Assembly: GCA_002269645.1 (NCBI GenBank)
Contig: NIVC01000278.1
Span: 310,001 to 374,000 of the forward strand
Source: Macrostomum lignano
Lineage: Eukaryota
Length of the DNA stretch: 64,000 bases
Direction: 5' to 3'
Made by a program: the position numbers and the translations under genes. The notes beneath the pieces are model-generated. The model worked only from the letters and a program-made list of their open reading frames with translations, did no database searches and had not been told where the DNA came from. Positions 60,571 to 64,000 of this stretch are shown here, one piece after another (the stretch's first letter is position 1; each line of letters opens with the position of its first letter).

Positions 60571-61519
60571 CTCATTTTGCTACCCCAAAAAAGTCGCTGG
60601 AGTGAACATTTTCTGAATTTTAATGGAGTTACACCGCACGACTCAATCACAAAAAACTATTTTCTAGCGAATACAATCGATCATGAACAAAAACTGGCAT
60701 TGTTTGTCAAAAAACCGTTTAAAAAACATCCAGAGCGGGATGCTGTGAGAGCGCTTACTTTATTTCTCAGGGATTTCCAGCGGAAGGGCAGCGCCTTTCA
60801 AACCTGAAGCCGCGTGTGCATAATTTCGATCAGGACCCAAGTCTCAGACAGAATTAGCTGCCGGAGCAGTTCTCCCCCGAGACACTAAAAAAAATGGAAT
60901 CCTTCAAGACTTTGAATGCTTTCCTTTCCCAAGGCGCTCCATCGAGCCGCCATGAAAGCACTAATCCGATTCCAACCAGCCATAAAAGGTCTTTAAGAAT
61001 GAAAAATAAATTTAACCTCCCGAAATAGAAATTCGATAGAATAAGATTTTCGAAAATTATTTTTAGAAATACTACTTATTAACTAAGTAGTTAAAAGCAA
61101 AAAAGTTTTTCTTAAATCTTTAAGAACACCGTTTTGAATTTAAATAAATTCTAATGACGTGTGTATACAAAACAAGAGTAGTAAATAAATTATTTGTAAC
61201 TAATTAATCAATCAAATAATTACGTATAGCAACTAACGTATGAATTTTGATAAGCAAAGCAACAAAGCAAAGCATATCTATGAATTTAGAAACAGACTAT
61301 TTCAACCAATTAAATATTCGTACAATTTAAACACTGGGGTATATCGGCAACAGAAGCTAAGCTTTCCGAGTTCACAAGGTGAGCATAGAGAGAGAGAGAC
61401 AATATGCAGGTCTTTAATTTAAATACGATTGATTATCGTGGCAAAGATTATTAAATTCATATAGCATGATGAATACTGGTTATTTAATTATAAATTTAAT
61501 AGACATGGTGTTTAGAGGA

Positions 61520-62372
61520 CTGACACATATCTGACAGACAGACAGATACATCTGACAGACAGACAGACACAGACTAACAGACAGACAGATACATCTGACA
61601 GACAGACAGACACAGACTAACAGACAGACAGATACATCTGACAGACAGACAGACACAGACTAACAGACAGACAGATACATCTGACAGACAGACAGACACA
61701 GACTAACAGACAGACAGATACATCTGACAGACAGACAGATACATCTGGCAGACAGACAGACAGATACATCTGGCAGACAGACAGACAGATACATCTGGCA
61801 GACAGACAGACAGATACATCTGGCAGACAGACAGACAGATACATCTGGCAGACAGACAGACAGATACATCTGACAGACAGACAAACAGATACATCTGACA
61901 GACAGACAGAAAGACACATTTGACAGACAGACAGACACAGACTAACAGACAGACAGATACATCTGACAGACAGACAGACACAGACTAACAGACAGACAGA
62001 TACATCTGACAGACAGACAGACACAGACTAACAGACAGACAGATACATCTGACAGACAGACAGACACAGACTAACAGACAGACAGATACATCTGACAGAC
62101 AGACAGATACATCTGGCAGACAGACAGACAGATACATCTGGCAGACAGACAGACAGATACATCTGGCAGACAGACAGACAGATACATCTGGCAGACAGAC
62201 AGACAGATACATCTGGCAGACAGACAGACAGATACATCTGACAGACAGACAAACAGATACATCTGACAGACAGACAGAAAGACACATTTGACAGACAGAC
62301 AGACAGACAGATACATCTGACAGACAGACAGAAAGACACATTTGACAGACAGACAGACAGACAGATACATCT

Positions 62373-62404
<32 letters not shown>

Positions 62405-62445
62405 CAGACAGACAGACACAGACTAACAAACAGACAGATACATCT

Positions 62446-62492
<47 letters not shown>

Positions 62493-62510
62493 GGAGACAG
62501 AGCCAGACAC
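61520..62510. repeat. GACA-derived compound minisatellite (GACAGACAGATACATCTG...)
   Basis: Tandem copies with higher-order duplication. Confidence 0.95.
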
Positions 62511-63104
62511 ACACAGCAGCGGATTAATCCTAAAGAACAGCTATACTAAAAACCGGATGAAGCATAATGGAAAGACACTCGGGCTGTGACTGAATAAACA
62601 GGCTAAAAGAAAAAGAACAATCAATGTTATTTACTTTTATTTTGCTCATTAATTGTCTGGTTGGAAATACTCTTATATAATACTAACAGTAGCAAGCAAC
62701 ATTGCAGTGAATTATTAACAGCTGGCAGAGGAACGTGACAGCGGAACACACAAGAAAGAGTATTTCTATTGTCGAATGCTATTCCAAGGTTTCTTTCAAA
62801 CTCGAATAAGGTCGTGAAGGTCGTACATTCATTGCCTTTTTGATTCAAAGAACCAGCACTAAAGATAGGAATGAGCAGCTATAAGGCTTGCATACAGGAA
62901 TATCAACACAGGTTAAAAAACTAACACAAGCAATTAACACAAAAGGCACAAAATCATGCGCTTGATACTACTAATAGTAAATATATTACTACTAAGTACT
63001 AAGTTTTTTTCAATCAAGCAGCCGACATGTTTTGAAACAAACTCTATCAATATTAAATCAATTTATTATCCCATAAGATTTAGAAGCGATGCAGTGGGTG
63101 GGAA

Positions 63105-63775
63105 ACTGGGTGAGATTGAGACTGAGAATTGGGGTGAGATTGAGAATTAGAATTGGGGTGAGATTGATCCTGAGACTAGGGGTGAGATTGAGACGGAAAC
63201 TCGGGGTGAGATTGAGACGGAAAATCGGGGTGAGATTGAGACGGAGAATCGGGGTAAGATTGAGATGGAAAATCGGGGTGAGATTGAGACTGAAACTAAG
63301 GGTGCGATTGAGACTGAGAATTGCGGTGAGATTGAGAATTAGATTTGGGGTGAGATTGAGACTGAGAATTGGGGTGAGATTGAGACTGAGAATTGGGGTG
63401 AGATTGAGAATTAGATTTGGGGTGAGATTGAGACTGAGAATTGGGGTGCGATTGAGACTGAGAATTGGGGTGAGATTGAGAATTAGATTTGGGGTGAGAT
63501 TGAGACTGAGAATCGGGGTGAGATTGAGACGGAAAATCGGGGTGAGATTGAGACGGAGAATCGGGGTGAGATTGAGATGGAAAATCGGGGTGAGATTGAG
63601 ACTGAGAATCGGGGTGAGATTGAGACGGAAAATCGGGGTGAGATTGAGACGGAGAATCGGGGTGAGATTGAGATGGAAAATCGGGGTGAGATTGAGACGG
63701 AGAATCGGGGTGAGATTGAGATGGAAAATCGGGGTGAGATTGAGACTGAGATTTGGGTTGAGACTGAGGTTTTTG
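63105..63775. repeat. 24-bp minisatellite (GAGATTGAGACTGAGAATCGGGGT)
   Basis: Tandem copies. Confidence 0.95.
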
Positions 63776-63820
63776 GAGATCGAGACCCATGGAAGCAGGA
63801 AGACCGAGCCCCCCCCCAAG

Positions 63821-64000
63821 TTAGTTAATGCTCGGCAGCCGGTCGCCTTCCCATTTCACAGTGAGAGTTGGCCATTTAGTCTGCAGCACTCTCATCAGGT
63901 CGCAGTGCCCGACGCTGCAGTCGGCGATCTCCTGCTGCATGTTAGCGTCGCCCCGCACGTACGCCACCTTGGCAGTGGCGCCTCTGGCCAGGTTATTGAG
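63821..64000 (-). CDS. Terminal coding exon of an unidentified gene running off the window
   Basis: GC-rich open frame from the window edge: LNNLARGATAKVAYVRGDANMQQEIADCSVGHCDLMRVLQTKWPTLTVKWEGDRLPSIN*. Family not recognised. Confidence 0.5.
   Translation of the reverse strand, partial: LNNLARGATAKVAYVRGDANMQQEIADCSVGHCDLMRVLQTKWPTLTVKWEGDRLPSIN

Overview
Eukaryotic (animal) genomic DNA with no prokaryotic features. GC-rich spliced exons sit in AT-rich DNA carrying about 40 tandem-repeat arrays, roughly 45% of the window by my hand-summed estimate. This architecture resembles the flatworm Macrostomum, but the taxon is inference only. Genes reconstructed by hand from splice sites and reading phase: the 3' end of an LRR-Ig transmembrane protein (+), aspartyl aminopeptidase DNPEP (3 exons, -), a pipsqueak-type HTH protein (2 exons, -), SCOC/UNC-69 (-), ATG14 (3 exons, +), a 16-exon ANO7-like anoctamin (-), and an unidentified terminal exon at the right edge (-). 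Most long ORFs in the supplied track are translated minisatellites. The most notable oddities are minisatellites that begin at or resemble splice junctions, one 28-bp repeat family at three loci, a 2-kb telomere-like tract in an anoctamin intron, a 156-bp foldback palindrome, a 75-bp MITE with an 8-bp TSD, a tRNA-derived SINE-like head, a head-to-head SCOC/ATG14 autophagy pair and a possible HTH-DNPEP operon. I found no clearly novel multi-gene system.
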